Shown here: in pieces, positions 12,473 to 23,991 of the stretch
Numbering within the stretch: the first letter of the stretch is position 1
Layout: each line of letters opens with the position of its first letter
Assembly: GCA_002633005.1 (NCBI GenBank)
Contig: NMRA01000929.1
Span: 1-64,000 of the forward strand
Length of the DNA: 64,000 nucleotides
Origin: Phoronis australis
Lineage: Eukaryota > Animalia > Phoronida
Direction: 5' to 3'
Program-made: the position numbers and the translations under genes
Notes under the pieces: generated by a model
What the model was told of the DNA's origin: nothing
The model's database searches: none
Seen by the model: only the letters and a program-made list of their open reading frames with translations

Positions 12473-13396
12473 CAGGCCTTCATGCAGCGTAGGCACTAAT
12501 GTGGACACTCTGGCAAGGACGCCCAATGTATCATTTGGACGCCCTGTCAATCAGAATTTCTCCAGTTTGGACACCCACATTGTAAGATTACTAAGACTCC
12601 CAGTTAATCAAAGAGAGAAGTTGGCCCTTTCAACTCACAAAGAAATATACAATGTATTTCATATGTTGCAATGTTCAACCTATTTTCAAAGTATTTGGTA
12701 GACCTGTCAATCATTTGGTTGTTTGGTTGCCAGAGTGTCTGCTTTCAGTAAACTCATGTGCCACTGCAATTCTGTACTTTATATAGGGACACGGACCTTG
12801 CTCAACTCCAAACTGGTGTTTCAGAGCTGTAGTTGTATCTACTTCATCTTTTTTTGAAAACACCAAAAGCGAAATAAATGTCATTATTTTAATAATATGA
12901 TGTGCCTCAAGAATATCCCCATTTAAAATTTTGAGTTTTCGCCCGTTTTATGCTTTTGTATGGGCGTCTAAAATGGAGCAGCAGTGACACCTGTTGCCAA
13001 AATATAAACCACACATCATCTGTGCATTTTTCTTTTGTTGGTAACTGCAGCTTTGATGACTCATTGTACAGAATATAAAGCTAGTGAAGTTGATATAATA
13101 AACTTTACAACAGAATTTGACTTGAGATGACCAAAAACAGTGCACTCATCGTTCAACCAATATCTNNNNNNNNNNNNNNNNNNNNNNTACAAGGGAGCTG
13201 TTTTTGTAAACTTAGGTGTAAAAGCCTTGTTCAACGCATTTTTTAATTTAAAAAAAAACTCACTGTGTGTTTGGGGGGGGGGTTACTAGTGAATGGTGGA
13301 TGGGAGGGGGTAATGCGTCATTGGAATCATGGACGCCCTGGAATATTGGGAACCCATTTTGGACACCCTATGTTCGAAATCCTGGATGAAGCCCTG
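12473..13396. mobile_element. hAT MITE with 8-bp TSD CTCCAGAG, nested in T1
   Basis: TIR CAGGCCTTCATGCAG / CTGGATGAAGCCCTG (13 of 15 match). TSD at 12465-12472 and 13397-13404. The empty site is seen in the T1 copy near 51350. Confidence 0.9.
13166..13187. other. Assembly gap (22 N)
   Basis: Run of n. Confidence 1.
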
Positions 13397-14689
13397 CTCC
13401 AGAGCGTGGGAACTCACGCGCACGCACCACACAAAAGTCGCACATCAAAAGAAAACAGCGACAGCAGCTTGACTGTAGGTTTAAGCTGACCGGGAGTTTA
13501 TTTGACACTGAACTTGGGCCTCGGGCTCTTTAAAAAAAACAACGTACCCCAGAACTGTGACGCGAAGTCTCAGTTCTGATAATTCGCGGCTCGATGTTCC
13601 CTAGGCCCCAGGGGTTCACCCCCCTCCGTCTGCTGCCAACTGACCTATTGCAAGCTCCGCCCCCTTGTGTAATGTCGACTAACAAACAAGTTTTACCCGG
13701 CAACGTGTTGTTTGTTGGGTAAAACGGCAGCTTGGAAACGAAGGTGCGTCAATAATGCTGCGTTCTAAATGGTCAGTTAAGCCGTCACTCAAAATCCTGG
13801 CGATAGGTCAATTTTCATTCAGCCTATGTCGTAGATATTTCAAACTCGAATGGGAAAGATTTTGTTCCTGCTGAAACTAGCCAATGAAGAAACAAAATTA
13901 TTCGGGAGGGCTAAAAAGGCAGGTAGAAAAAATATTCACAAAGTTAAGGGAATTCTTCAAAATCCGAGAGCTTCCCACCTAAAGAGAATTAGGAGTGTTG
14001 GCAAGACCAGTGCCACATTTCTTTGGCTTTATTTTTTCGAATGTATGTTTTATCCAGAGCACTGCAGACGGAAACTTAGCACGGTAGACGGCATCACTGA
14101 AATTGTAGGTATTGAAGCCGGCGGAGTTCTTAGTTTTGGGAAGAAAATAAAGTGACAAAGCATTCAAGGTATTACATTTTGAAGCAAATCCATGACCCGG
14201 GAAAATAATTTGTTACTTGGTATATAATTCACATTGCCAAAACACCGTCTTCGACGTTGTCATTGCAATCTTTATTATCATTGATTTTTATCTAAAAATA
14301 GGTAATTGCGCGTAATCATCAATATTCAAAAGTCGGGGATGGGTGCTAAACCGAGAAGTGGGCGCTTAACAGGAAATTTTCAAAAATCGCAGAGGGGCGC
14401 TTAACCGAGCAATGGGCGGCTAAATCGAAAATACACCTAAAGTAGGGGATGGGCGGTTAAGTGAACATGGGCGTTAACCCAAACGTTTTTGGTAGATTAC
14501 TGGGTTTAAGTTTACAAACGGTATATTGAAAACGAAGTTTAAGTTCTTAAATAAAATCAAACTTATTGGTCATCAACTTGTCTTTGAACTTCATTGATGT
14601 TTTTGGTTTCCAATAGTATTGCGCAATGAATTTTTGTTCTTCAAAACTGAATCGTTTGCTCGCATGTCCTGTGCATACTACACAGACGA

Positions 14690-14919
14690 CATGCGTGCAC
14701 CCAGCCTAAAATATAGGGGGGGGGGATCGAGGATGTGGACCTTTTACTAAAAAAATGAATACGTGGTGCGTTCAGGGAAATGAATTGTGCATATATCGAA
14801 TCTTGCCTGTTTAGTGGACTTTAGTCTCGTTTTTCTCGGACTTCTTGTTTTCCTTAGGTGAACCTTTCTGCTCACTTTTCCATCGAGCCTCCCGAACCCC
14901 CCCTCTAGGTGTGTGTATG
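14690..14919. mobile_element. Small MITE with CATGCGYGCACC-type TIR; inverted sister copy at 18420-18612
   Basis: CATGCGTGCACCCAGCCTAAAA ... CTAGGTGTGTGTATG. Internal CCTTTTACTAA and TCTCGT/GCCTGTTTAGTG segments match the reverse complement of 18420-18612. Confidence 0.65.
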
Positions 14920-15919
14920 CACAGAGCACGTCATGACAGGCACGTCCACATTAAAAATAAGGTGTAACCATGCAGTAGGCCTGCTAAGAATCTCAGTTAT
15001 CCACGGGAACTGAATTTTAACTCCAGACGTTGAAATAAGTACATTTTGGAACCTACAATGCATCATTTTGCCCATCAACCAAAAACTGGATTACCGGCTG
15101 TGTTTCATCAAAGGATTCTGAAACGGCCACAAAGGCACTCATACCTCACTGGCACCTCGGAACATTGCCTTTCCAAAAATTACTTCAAAGAATGGCCATA
15201 ATAAAATGAAGTTTTCCCGAAACTGGATCATAATAAAAGGAACCTTGACCTTTGACCCATCTATAGTTACTTCAGGCAGCTCCCACTTACCCGTTTGAGT
15301 GCGCTCGGGCCTAGACCCATTCTTACTTTCCGTGAATCTTGTTGGTTTACCGTTACTCAAATCCTGATGGTTGCACCCCCAGTATTACCCCAACCTATGG
15401 CGGGCGTGGGGAATGGGGGTCGGTAAAAATATGGTAACATCCAGAGAATGGGGAGGACGGGTGACGATAGCAAGGGGAGTAAGGTTGGCGAAGTCAGCCC
15501 CCCAATAATTTTTTCCTTCCTACGGGCCTGTAATCTGATATAACTCTAACTCATGTTTCAATGAAATCCGTCAATCAATCTCTAGATATCATCCAGAAAC
15601 TGGTGCAGGCAGTTATGGTCATCATATACCACTATGCAAAGATTCATTGACATCTGTGAATCGGTTCTCTAGATACCATCCAGAACCAATCTTCCCCCAA
15701 ACAACACCTCAAAGCCCATTGTCACAATGCCACAGAGGGCAAATCCACCTCAAAAAGGAACGATCCAGAGCACTGACATCACATATGTCTGTGTCAAAAT
15801 TTGGCGACATCCATTATTCGTTTTTTATCATCCAGGATTGCTCTTCCCCAAACACCACATCAAAACCTATAAGAACAAAATGGCCACAAGCAGGTGCTGC
15901 AGTTAGTCACATCCATGTG

Positions 15920-16491
15920 CTCGCTGGTTCCCTCCATGCCTGACTAGGTGGTCAGTAGCCAGGACGCAGGTATCACTTAATTTTCCTCGGGAAATTTTTG
16001 TTATACCAGCGTTTCTGATTGGCTAGTCGAATTCTCAACAGGCAGCGCCTTATGCAAACAAACTGGCATGACTGATGGACTGAAGAGTAAATGTGGTGTG
16101 TTGCACAGACAAATCGGTGCTTAAAATTTATGTTCAGGAAACTGTGAATCCTAGAAATTGTGGTTGCGCCTTTTCGGAGTGTATCCTTCTACTGTCGATG
16201 ACTTTTGTTTACGATACTGTCCTGTATTCATACAGTATGAATAACACCGCACCGTTTAAATGGGCCAGAGTGTTTATTGTACATGTATATGCTTCAAGCA
16301 CGCGGCTATAAAGGAAATAGTTGCTAACTACACCACTTGCGTGACAAGGCTAAAAATCGTTCATAGTCCGCCATTTTTTCAACGTTGTTGAAAAGCTAAC
16401 CAATGACTGCCGAGGTTACACCAACCAATGCTAAAATGCATGCTACTGCGCGATACCTGCGTGCTAGCTAAGCACGTAGGGAACCAGCGAG
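15920..16491. mobile_element. MITE with CTCGCTGGTTCCCT terminal inverted repeats
   Basis: CTCGCTGGTTCCCT at 15920 and AGGGAACCAGCGAG ending 16491. It interrupts the host HINE repeat array. Confidence 0.75.
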
Positions 16492-17327
16492 ATCAGTGTG
16501 GAAATTTGATGGCGATGGCAAATTGACGCCACATACCCCTGTGGCAAGTTTCATTAAAATTTGTCAATCAATTCTGCTATTCCCTAAAATGGCCACTAGG
16601 AGGTGCTGCAGTGGTCGAACCCATCTGACAATCAAATGGCTGCAGTACATTATCATAATATACCTCTGTATTAAGCTACATTAAAATCTGTCAACTGGTA
16701 CTTCAGATATCATCCGGTAACTCTCTAATCTCCCAAACAACTGTTGAAAATATCCTTTCCGATTAAAAAATGGCCACTGGAAGGTGCTGCATCAATCAAA
16801 TTTGCCCAAAAATAGTGCCAGCACATTGACCTCAGACACCTCTCCGTAAAGTATCACTGAAATCTGTCAATCAATTCTCCAGATCACCTGGAAACGCTAA
16901 TCTCAAAAATCGCCACTACGAGGTACTCCAGCAGTCAAATCCATCAAAAATCAAATGATGGCGACGCATTGTCATCGTATACCCCTGTGCTAAGTTTCAC
17001 TGATATCCGTTGAAGGAGAATGCCACCCAAAAAACAAGCTAGTTTGTATCAATTTAGATCGAGTAGTCCACTCGATAACAGCAAATACAGCTCTTTTACA
17101 TGACACCTGATGGCAGACGGAGGAGTTGAAATTAACCAATGATGTCAGAGGTTCGAATGCAGTTTGTGCAGCAGTTCACAACACGCTTACTGGTGTCAGC
17201 TAAACACTTGAATTCATCGTTTTACACCAATAAATCATCAAAATTCGATGTAAAACCCTTACAAATACATCGAGTTATTAAACAAACGTGTCATTTTATT
17301 TCGCTGTTATAGATTTTTAGGTATTTG

Positions 17328-17649
17328 CAGTGGCGATATTATAAAGGGCCGGGCCCAACATTTTGTCTGGGGCAATGGGACAAAGCACGATTGCAGCCTA
17401 AAATATAGGGGGGCCTGAAATTCTGGGAATATGGACCTTTTACTAAAATTTAAACAGAAGACAAAACAAAAAAAACCCGGAAACCGGCCTGATTCGGACA
17501 CTCAAAATAACTGCACACATTGTTAAATCTTATTCCAGTTGTATGTTATTTACCGGATTTCATTAGTGAACTCAATATTTTCTCACACTCTTGCTGTTTT
17601 TTGCGGCAGCCAAGAGGGGGAGGGCCTACCCCCCCTAAATCTGCCTATG
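17328..17649. mobile_element. hAT-like MITE with ~5-bp TSD (ATTTG/ACTTG); inverted relative at 42957-43483
   Basis: Ends CAGTGGCG.../...AATCTGCCTATG. GGGCCCAACATTTTGTCTG and TTTTTTGCGGCAGCCAAG match the reverse complement of 42957-43483. Absent from Kolobok copy 3. Confidence 0.7.
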
Positions 17650-18419
17650 ACTTGAATGCACCATAGCCTACAGAGTTTGGTAGGCCAATTTACTAAGGTA
17701 GGTCGCAGGAGTTTGGGGTCAGTATTCAAATTATTTGTCCATGAAATATAGACAAAAGAACATAACTCTGTGTTGTAATTTTAGATTTGCAATTTTTTCA
17801 GTTCTAAACATACAAAACACTTGTTATCTGGCCAATGGTTCGGAACCTGAGGCCCATCGTGGCCAACTGAAGACATCAGGAACAGAACGGTCACGGTAAA
17901 AGTTGTACAGTAACAATGATTCGAATAATGTATATGAATATCTAAACAGAGATTCCTCCAACATCTGACAATAGGATATAAAATCAAGTTACTGTTTCAC
18001 AACAGCTTTCTGTCAGCAAACACTGAATTAGCATGCCCTCACACAGCCTCCGTGCCCGGTCAATTAGTTCATCTAAAGCTGGTAACGCAGTGATTTATTC
18101 ATTGCTTGAGGCTTTTCAAAACATTTGCACTCATGAACACTCCAAGGCACTACAAATTGTATCTAATGAGACAGACTTCGACAATTTGTCTCAGTTTCAT
18201 ATAATCATTGGTTGGGGTAAGAATAATTCATTTTGAAACAGAACGTACAATAATAAACGTCAACGTGGAAACTCGCAACCTAATAGACAACTGCTCATCC
18301 AACGAAGACTTCACAGGTCGATAATTAGGTTTCACAGTCTATCAGTTCGAACTGGAATACAAGAAATGATTGAGAGGCTCTGTAAACATGCACATACTAC
18401 GGAACATATGGATAGTTGC

Positions 18420-18612
18420 CATGCACGCACCCAGGGGGAGTGAAGTGGGCAAAAAGGCCCACCTCAGAGAAACAAAAACTCTGAAAAAAGCAGAACACGA
18501 GACAAATTAGTTCACTACAAAGGCAGGAGCTACCAAAATAACTCTAAACGTTAGTAAAAGGAACACATTCTCAAAAATTCGAGCCCCCATTTTTAGGCTA
18601 GGTGAGCGCATG
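18420..18612. mobile_element. Small MITE nested in Kolobok copy 1, ~5-bp TSD (GTTGC/GTTCC)
   Basis: CATGCACGCACCCAG ... CTAGGTGAGCGCATG. Absent at the homologous Kolobok site near 23615. Confidence 0.7.
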
Positions 18613-19707
18613 GTTCCGAAAACCGTTTGAATGACTAGTCATGGTGTTAGTGAGCTAACTGCACGATAATAGAAACAACTGACACTTGCAATTGCCGCCA
18701 CAAAATTCTGCAAGTGAAACGCCTTCTTGGAGAAGCGCAGATGTGTACCACGTACCGCCCTGATTTTCCACCGCATCTCCGCAGAGATACGCTTACGATG
18801 TTTTTTAGGGCTGAGAAAAAGAACTAGCGAAAACAACCAACAACCAGAGGACCAAACAGAAGCCTCACAAATGAATCAGTCATCAAACAGGTTATATAAA
18901 CCGTTATGTTCTCACGCCTTGAATTAATTGTAATTGTTTATGTTTTCATGGCCAACTGCAATTCTCCATAATCAAAAACTGATTAACTACCGATCTGACG
19001 AAATGCAGGCCACTGAGAAGTTTCGCGGTCTCATACTTGGTATTAATGGCGTACTTTTCATTCTTCACTACTGCGAGCCACTTCCGAAGCATTATGGACT
19101 CTCGAGTAAATCAAAAATGATATACCAGCTTCTCTCCCAGCTTCATAGTTCGTACAAGTGGGAACGATACACCACAACATAGCGGCACTCACTCTGCAGA
19201 AGAACCACTGATGTCGCTGTGTCATTTCTTACCTTCCTCACAGCTGGTTAACGCGACACCTCTCGGCGAGGTAAGATTAACCATATACGAGGTGATGTGG
19301 ATATAGAGTGATTAAGACGGTAAAAAGACTAATTAAATTGGGTGGCATTCTGCTTTAATTGGTTCTCTAGATACCATCCAGAAACACTTCTTACCACAAA
19401 AGACACTTGCAAACCTCTTTGTCAGGAACAAAATGGCCACTACGAGGTGTTGCAGTGGCCAAATGCGCCTGAAAATTCAATGGTGCCATTGCAGAGACTT
19501 CACATACTACCTCACTTAAAGTGTCAACTTTCATTAAACACATCAATCATATCTCTACGTATCATTCGGAGATACCCAACTCCAAAATGGCCACTGAGGA
19601 CTGAGATGCTACAGTGATCGAACTGGCCCAAAAATGAAATGGTTGTGATGCATGGACATCATATACCTCTGAGCCAAGTTTTATCTTAATTCCTTGATTA
19701 GTTCCCT

Positions 19708-19772
19708 AGGGCCCTCTTGGAAAACAGTGCTATCACTGAAGAGGACACCCTCATTTTAAATATCACAATAAT
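19708..19772 (+). mobile_element. 3' terminal stub of the CR1/L2-type LINE family seen at 27760-28400
   Basis: AGGGCCCTCTTGGAAAACAGTGCTATCACTGAAGAGGACACCCTCATTTTAAATATCACAATAA is nearly identical to the reverse complement of 27760-27833. Confidence 0.85.
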
Positions 19773-22214
19773 AAATAAATGAAAGCGCTCCGAGGAGCGA
19801 AACTTGGCGAAATTAACCAAAAAGATGATGATAAAGATGATGACGAATATGACGACGATGGTGGCGAGGATGAACAAAAGAAGTGATAATAACATACACA
19901 TGATGAACGTAGAAGTCCGAAATCAGTAAGAAAAAGGCTACAGTCTAGAGCGACACTTGGCAAAATTAACGGAAAAGACAACGACGGAGATGATGACGAA
20001 GATGATGACGAATATGATGATGGTGGTGGCGATGATGAACAACATCACAACATTCATATGATGAACTTAGATGTCATAAATCAGCAAGAAATAGGCTACA
20101 GTCTAGTTCAATAGAAGATAAACCAACATCAATGCAGCAAGAGCGCTCAACAAAGGAAAAGCGTTATCAGAAAATCTCAAATAACTCGAAAAGTAGACGT
20201 CCTAGCGAAAAATGGAAAACATCTTCTGAAAGCCCATTCAAAATTCTATCTAAACTGATGGTATCGCCTAATTCGTAAATTTTTCGAAAAAAATGAAATT
20301 TTGCGTTTTTTTTAAGAAATTCAAAGTCAAATAACTCCAAAACGGTAAGTCTGAGAAAAAAATTGCTAAAGGCCATTTGAAAGAATATACTTCAAAGAAT
20401 CCACATTAAAAAAATCACGTCTTTTTCTCTTCCCGTTTAAAATCGCACTCCAGCACGACTAAAATGGGTCAACATGCGCCAGATCCGCCATCTTGAAAGC
20501 AACTTCCGGTTTTTTGGCATTGCATAATAGCATGTCATAAGAAACTAATACCTGTAAAAATTCGAAGGAATTGGTCTTATAATGCGCCCTCTACAGGAGA
20601 AAATGTTTTTAGGCCAAAATCGAGGTGCGCATGCGCGATCGCCGATATTTCCGCCATCTTTAACCAGAAGTAAACAATTTCCGGTATACTTGTAGAAAAC
20701 TTCCGGTCCATTTACTGTGCCGATTCTTAGCCTTTTACGTAAAAAATTGTAGCCTCCAGAAGCATTTGAACCTTTAAAGGAAAACAAAATGGCCGCCACA
20801 GCTGCCATCTTGGATCCGATTTTGACGAAAAAGACTAGGCTTCCAGAACTTCCGGAACTACGTGATATGTGTAAATTTCGTGATGTTTGGACGAAAATTG
20901 CGACCTGTATCGTGCGAACAAACAAAAAAATGAAAGCGCTCAGAGGAGCGAACCTTGGCGAAATTAACCAAAAACATGACGATAAAGATGATGATGAAGA
21001 TGACGAATATGACGACGATGGTGAAAAAAAGAAGTATTAATACCTTACACATGGCGAACGTAGAGGTCCGAAATCAGTAAGAAAAAGGCTACAGTCTTGT
21101 GCGACACTTGGCGAAATTAACGGAAAAGACAACGACGGAGATGATGACGAAGATGACGAAGATGATGACCAATATGATGATGGTGGTGGCGATGATGAAC
21201 AACATCACAACATTCATATGACGAACTTAGATGTCATAAATCAATAAGAAATAGGCTACAGTCTAGTTCAAAAGAGGATATACCAACATCAATGCAGCAA
21301 GAGCGCTCAACAAAGGAACAGCGTTATCAGAAAATCTCAAATAACTCGAAAAGTAGACGTCCTAGCGAAAAATGGAAAACATCTTCTGAAAGCCCGTTCA
21401 AAATTCTATCTAAACAGATGGTATCGCCTAATTCCGTAAATTTTTCGAAAAAAATGAAATTTTGCTTATTTTTTAAGAAATTCAAAGTCAAATAACTCGA
21501 AAACGGTAAGTCTGAGAAAAAAATTGTTACAGGTCATTTGAAAGAATATACTTCAAAGAATCCACATGCAAAAAATCACGTCTTTTTGTCTTCCCGTTTA
21601 AAATCGCACTCCAGCACGACTGAAAATGGGTCAACATGCGCCAGATCCGCCATATTGAAAGCAACTTCCGGTTTTTTGGTTTTGTATAATAGCATATCAT
21701 AGGAAACTAATACCTGTAAAAATTCGAAGGAATTGCTCTGATAATGCGCCCTCTACAGGAGAAAACGTTTTTAGGCCAAAATCGAGTTGCGCATGCGCGA
21801 TCGCCGATATTTCCGCCATCTTTAAGCGGAAGTAAACAATTTCCGGCATACTTGTAGCAAACTTCCGGTCCATTTACTGTGCCGATTTTTAGCCTTTTAC
21901 GTAAAAAATTGTAGCCTCCAGAAGCATTTGAACCTTTAAATGGAAACAAAATGGCCGCCACAGCCGCCATCTTGGATCCGATTTTGACGAAAAACAATAG
22001 GCTTCCAGTACTTCCGGAAGTACGTATTATGTGTAAATTTCGTGATGATCGGACGAAAATTGCGACCTGTATCGTGCGAACAAACAAACAAAAAAACAAA
22101 AAAAAAAACAAACTTAGTGGAAGAGCAACATACTTGGCGAAATTTATTTCGCCAAGTAAAAACTTAGTGGAGGAGCAACACACTTGGCGAAATAAATTTC
22201 GCCAAGTAATAAAT
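19773..22214 (+). mobile_element. HINE-like element family H2: two tandem ~1.15-kb units plus a duplicated 3' hairpin
   Basis: Units start at 19781 and 20932 (GAAAGCGCTCMGAGGAGCGAAMCTTGGCGAAATT). Subterminal ACTTGGCGAAAT reappears as hairpins ACTTGGCGAAAT-NN-ATTTCGCCAAGT at 22131-22158 and 22182-22207. GAT/GAC low-complexity tracts. Inserted in an AATAA tract. Confidence 0.75.
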
Positions 22215-22626
22215 AGATATCATCTTGCTCCAAACAAGCACCTCAATAAGCCCAATGTCGAAAACAAAATAACTACTAGGTGCTACAGTGGTCAAATGCT
22301 CCCGAGAATTTAATGGTGCCGCCAGATGGCTATAATCAAATCTTTCATTGACATCCTTCACTCTGTTCTCAACATATTATCTAGAAACACTCTCCCACAC
22401 AATGGCTACTAGGAAGCCTTGCAGTGGTCGAATCTGCTTGAAAATCACAAGGCGCCGGTGCAATCTCATCATTACCTCTGTGTCAAGTTTCAATGAAACC
22501 ATTTACCCAGATATCATCCAGAAATGCTCTTTGACTTTGACAAAATACTCAAAGCTAAGATCCCCCCTGACCCCAGGGGGCAGGGTAGATTGAAAAGTGA
22601 CATGAACTCTTCTAATGATGCATTAA

Positions 22627-23991
22627 AGGAGAATGCCACCTAAAAACAACTTATTTTGTATCAATTTAGATAGAGTACTTCCACTCTACAACAGCAAGTT
22701 CAGTTATTTTACCCAACACCTGACGGCAGACGGAGGTGTTGAAATTAACCAATAACGCAATCGGTCCGAACGCAGTCTGTTCAGCCGTTCACAACATGCT
22801 TACTGGTGTCAACTTATTGCTTGAATTCCTCGTTTTACACTAATAAATCATCAAAATTGGATGTAAAACCCTTACAAATACATCGAGTTCACGGAACCCG
22901 ATCAGGTTCGTCGCGGCCAACGGCGGGATTGGACAACATGAACATAAACCAGCTTTAGTTGGAAACTATACCTCTAGTCACGAAAAACTATAGTAGTGAG
23001 CTAAAGAAATAATGTGCACCTAATTATTTTGGTGAATTAGCCATGAAACTGAAAATCTACATACTTGTCGGGGGCCGCGAAGTCACTGAGGTTCCCTTCC
23101 ACAGAACTGTCAGGGCAAAAGTTGAACAGTAACAATGATTTGAATAATGTATTTTTATATTTAAATAAAGATTCCTGAAACATGTGACCACAGCATACAA
23201 GATCGAGTTATTGTTTCACTACAGCTTTCTGCCAGTAAACACTGAATTAGCATGCGCTCACACAGCCTCGGTGCCCGGTCAATTATCTTTATTGCATCTA
23301 ACGCCGGTAACGCAGTGGTTTATTCATTGCTGGCTTCTCAAAACATTTGCACTCACAAATACTCCAAAGACATTACAAATTGTATCTAATGAGACAGACT
23401 TTGTTTCAGTTTTATATAAGCATTGGTTTAAGGGTGATAATAATTCATTTCAATGCTGAATAATGAACATCAACATGGCAACTCGTAATCCTCAGACTTA
23501 GACGAGAGCTCATCCGACGAAGACTTTGCAGGCTATCAGTTCAAACTGGAATACACTGATCAAGAAATAATAAAAAGAAACCATGAACATGCACAGGCTA
23601 TGGAATGTATGGACAGTTCTTTGGTAACCTGGCAATCGTCAGAGAAATCACTGTCGATCAAATGTCAGCCATAGACACGGAGACGTTTCATGGCCTCATA
23701 CTTGCTACCGTGAGCCACTTCCTAAGCAATTTGGGTTCTCGAGGAAGTCGGAAAAACGATATGCCCACTTTCCTCGCAGCTCCATAGTTCGGGCAAGCGG
23801 GAACGATGCACTGCAACATAGCGGCATTCACTCTGCAGATGAACCTCTGATGTCACTGCGTCATTTCTCACCTTCCTTACGGGTTATCGCGACACCTCTC
23901 GGCAAGGTAAGGTCGACTGTGTGTGAGGCGATGTGGATATAGACCAATTTAGACGGCAAAAAAGACTAATTAAATCAGGTGGCATTCTCCT
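22627..23991 (+). mobile_element. Non-autonomous Kolobok element, copy 2 (1.37 kb, intact ends)
   Basis: TTAA|AGGAGAATGCCACCT ... AGGTGGCATTCTCCT|TTAA: perfect 15-bp TIR and TTAA TSD. Confidence 0.92.
23703..23819 (-). pseudogene. THAP zinc-finger N-terminal remnant of Kolobok transposase: MLQCIVPACPNYGAARKVGISFFRLPREPKLLRKWLTVA
   Basis: M..C.VP.C.N...G.SFF.(F/L)P....KW is the THAP signature. Sister copies (18997-19180, ~40822-40996) supply KHLHVCGL / SGLHF, completing C2CH. Confidence 0.85.

Larger units (their letters stand above)
11031..14492 (+). mobile_element. TA-target non-autonomous TIR transposon, family T1 (probably Tc1/mariner-pogo group), copy 1
   Basis: TA|CCGTAAACGTTCGGGTTAACGCCC ... 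GGGCGTTAACCCAAACGTTTTTGG|TA, with multiple subterminal GGGCGSTTAA repeats. Homologous inverted copy at 50330-52398. Confidence 0.85.
8917..15530. mobile_element. hAT-like TIR element (6.6 kb including nested inserts) with 5-bp TSD TAATC
   Basis: TIR CAGGGCCGTAGGAAG at 8917 and CTTCCTACGGGCCTG ending 15530 (1 mismatch). TAATC at 8912-8916 and 15531-15535. The host repeat continues on both sides. Confidence 0.8.
17014..19354 (+). mobile_element. Non-autonomous Kolobok element, copy 1 (full ends, two nested MITEs)
   Basis: TTGA|AGGAGAATGCCACCC ... GGGTGGCATTCTGCT|TTAA. A THAP remnant lies on the minus strand at 18997-19180. The flanks rejoin into a host repeat unit. Confidence 0.85.

Noticed and set aside
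19820-20040. Acidic Asp/Glu-rich or hydrophobic membrane-like ORFs
   Set aside because: They arise from GAT/GAC low-complexity tracts inside the H2 repeat, and frames are not preserved between units.
20545-22313. Longest ORFs in the track (126, 158 and 120 aa) and their duplicates
   Set aside because: They lie within the tandem H2 units, are open on both strands and show no recognisable domain.
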